Shown here in pieces: positions 61,741 through 64,000 of a stretch of 64,000 nucleotides of DNA (position 1 is its first letter; each line of letters opens with the position of its first letter). This stretch comes from Planctomycetales bacterium. Lineage in GTDB: Bacteria; 4484-113. The translations under genes and the position numbers were made by a program. The stretch lies in contig JBBIRS010000006.1 of NCBI GenBank assembly GCA_037441675.1, forward strand, positions 55,458 to 119,457, in the 5' to 3' direction. The notes beneath the pieces were generated by a model. It made no database searches. It was not told the origin of the DNA and saw only the letters and a list, made by a program, of their open reading frames with translations.

Positions 61741-63828
61741 ATGAGTTCAAAATACAAGAGTTGGTTTTTTCAGTTAATTATTTTTATAGCCTTTGCTTCG
61801 AGTTTAATTTTTACCGCTTGTGGTAAGACTACTGAAAGATTACAAAGTTCGCGAAATATAGTTCAGACTAGTATTGATAATGACGCTCAGGGAATCGCGG
61901 TTAGTGATGTAATTTCACAAATAAAAGAGCTTTCCGCGCCAACGGGAGTTAATGAAGAGTTGTTTAATAGTTTGAAGAATGAACTTGAAAAAGCTTTAAT
62001 AACTCGCGGTGTTGCCAAGCTTGCTTCAGGTCCGCCGACTGGCGAAGCAAATTACATTCCAGACCTAGAGGCGATTGATATTGATGGACAGTTAAATCTT
62101 AGATGGAGCTATTATAACGTCGGGGATTACAACCAGGACGGTGTTGTTAACATACAGGATGTTCTCCCTCTAGCCCGACATTTTAGACACAAACGGGATG
62201 AGAATGGTAGTTGGACTGATGGCTTGGATGAGGTAATAGACGGAAATGGCGACGGTATGGTTGACATAAGGGACGTTAAGTCGCTAGCGGATAACTTCTT
62301 CAATGAAGTTCGTGAATACTTAGTTTACGGCTCTTTAGATGGAGAAACTTGGTTGCCTGAACCTGTTGGAAGAATTGCTTTTAATGGTTCGGGACAGCCA
62401 ACAGAGAGGAGAAGAATTACCACTTTGCGACCTGAAGGCGAATACTATTACGTTCATGTTGCGCCGGTTGACAGGGACAATAATCAGGGAGAGGCTTCCA
62501 ACATCTCAGCGGACATACCGATGCCAAAGCCTCGTGAAGGTTATGTTGGAGCGGAAAGATGTCTCACATGCCATCCAGGCATATCCACCTGGTATGACAC
62601 CGCGCACAGACAGAGCCAGCGTGACCCTAATGAAGGTGCTCAAGTTTTGCCTGATGCGCAGTGGAGCGGAACTATCACAATTACTGACTCTGGAACTGGC
62701 ATTTCCTTTGAAGTTGATCTTTCTAAGAGCGGAACCGATTATTTCGCAAAGATCGGTGGAAGGACTTACAAAGTCATTCGCACCTACGGTGGTGGATTTG
62801 GCTATAAACAGAGGTACATTACCCGCGTCAAACACTCGGAGCTAATTCTGCCTTTCCAATGGAACGAGCTAGCCAACAATGGCGCAGGCGGGTGGGGACC
62901 ATATGATGTAACCAACTGGTTTGACGCGAATGGCCCTCTACCTGAGCCTAATATGAGTGCTAACTTTGCCAAAGATTGTATGGGATGTCACTCTACCGGA
63001 TACACTCTTGAATACTCTCCATACTATGGTGAGTGGGTCGGGGCTTTCAACGATATAAACACAACCTGCGAGCGTTGCCACGGTCCTGGACAGGCGCACG
63101 TAACAGCGCCGAGTCCCAACAATATCTTCAATGCGAACGATCCAGCTGATGGTTCTTACCAAACTAGAATGATGCTTTGTGGTAGTTGTCATACGCGGGG
63201 AGAATCAATTGACCTTATTGGTGGTGAGCCTACGGAGTATCCATGGAGCGCGATTGATGGAGGATACATTCCCGGTATGGATCTTGTATCGATGTTTTCA
63301 TCTACAAGTTACTCTGGTAGTGCATTCTGGCAGACAAGCGCGGGCTTCTCCTACGTAAAAAAGCATCGTCAGCAGTATCTTGACTTTCAGCAATCTGCGC
63401 ATTATGCATCCGGAACTGTTACCTGTTGGACTTGCCACGATGTGCATGAGCCAGAACCTCAGATTGACGCAATCCAGTCTCTAACGGAGGAGGAAGCGAA
63501 GACGCGGTGCATCGGTTGCCACTCTGACCATAATTCTCAGGCGCACTGGAAGCATAGCGGGAATGGTCCCAATACTTGGTGCGCAAGTTGTCATATGGTT
63601 CCAACGGGCAAAAGCGCGGTTGCCTGGGACAATAGAAGCCACGTCTTTTGGCCAATACCACCGCAGGAAAGCATTAATAAGTTGGACGCGGGTCAGCCAG
63701 TTATTCTCAACTCCTGTAACAATATTGTTAATGGACAGAGTTGTCACGGTGGGGCATCAGCGTTAAATGACAGGGACGCGCTCGTTGCTAAACAGGCGGA
63801 TTACGACGCCTGGTTCGGCGGTGGATAG
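61741..63828 (+). CDS. multiheme cytochrome c lipoprotein carrying the shared dockerin-like N-terminal module
   Basis: Lipobox FTAC; GDYNQDGVVNIQD / DGNGDGMVDIRD; seven CxxCH (CLTCH, CMGCH, CERCH, CGSCH, CWTCH, CIGCH, CASCH) plus one CX8CH; AGGAGG RBS. Confidence 0.92.
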   Translation: MSSKYKSWFFQLIIFIAFASSLIFTACGKTTERLQSSRNIVQTSIDNDAQGIAVSDVISQIKELSAPTGVNEELFNSLKNELEKALITRGVAKLASGPPTGEANYIPDLEAIDIDGQLNLRWSYYNVGDYNQDGVVNIQDVLPLARHFRHKRDENGSWTDGLDEVIDGNGDGMVDIRDVKSLADNFFNEVREYLVYGSLDGETWLPEPVGRIAFNGSGQPTERRRITTLRPEGEYYYVHVAPVDRDNNQGEASNISADIPMPKPREGYVGAERCLTCHPGISTWYDTAHRQSQRDPNEGAQVLPDAQWSGTITITDSGTGISFEVDLSKSGTDYFAKIGGRTYKVIRTYGGGFGYKQRYITRVKHSELILPFQWNELANNGAGGWGPYDVTNWFDANGPLPEPNMSANFAKDCMGCHSTGYTLEYSPYYGEWVGAFNDINTTCERCHGPGQAHVTAPSPNNIFNANDPADGSYQTRMMLCGSCHTRGESIDLIGGEPTEYPWSAIDGGYIPGMDLVSMFSSTSYSGSAFWQTSAGFSYVKKHRQQYLDFQQSAHYASGTVTCWTCHDVHEPEPQIDAIQSLTEEEAKTRCIGCHSDHNSQAHWKHSGNGPNTWCASCHMVPTGKSAVAWDNRSHVFWPIPPQESINKLDAGQPVILNSCNNIVNGQSCHGGASALNDRDALVAKQADYDAWFGGG

Positions 63829-64000
63829 GGAGGAGTCATTAGTCGTCAGTCGTCAGACGAGAGGGCGCAATGTAGGGTGGGAAAAGGCTGGTCGTCAGTC
63901 GTTAGAGTTGCAGGGGGCGAACTTGTATCGCGCCGAGATTCCCTTTAAGCTTGCCCGCAATAGGTGTCTCTTTATTGATATTGCGGCTGAGAAGTATTGA

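Overview
Bacterial chromosomal window with intact housekeeping genes (rpmA, rplU, ileS, lpxC, hpf, korDABC, lgt, recX, sepF, rnj, uppP, sod, folD, lepA, dapF, yggT, uvrA). The gene mix suggests an LPS-containing diderm with Terrabacteria-type traits (SepF, YggT, RNase J) and anaerobic metabolism. About 13 accessory genes are broken by nonsense codons and frameshifts: two hybrid histidine kinases, two MNT(-HEPN) toxin-antitoxin remnants, restriction-modification genes, zinc-ribbon membrane proteins and a surface lipoprotein. The standout feature is a four-member lipoprotein family. Each member has the same N-terminal module (lipobox, short helical motif, FN3-like fold with an inserted dockerin-like Ca-binding repeat pair) fused to a different cargo: PKD arrays + PPC with or without a 7-bladed propeller, a decayed HExxH peptidase, or a 7-8-heme cytochrome c. 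Other signals: an Ile-codon leader-peptide attenuator before a type-2 ileS, a SOD with two apparent starts (Tat-exported and cytoplasmic), and matching GTGA-N6-TCAC boxes before the 2-oxoacid:ferredoxin oxidoreductase operon and the cytochrome. I recognised no rRNA, tRNA, CRISPR array, integrase or transposase. All calls come from reading motifs by eye; no database searches were run.
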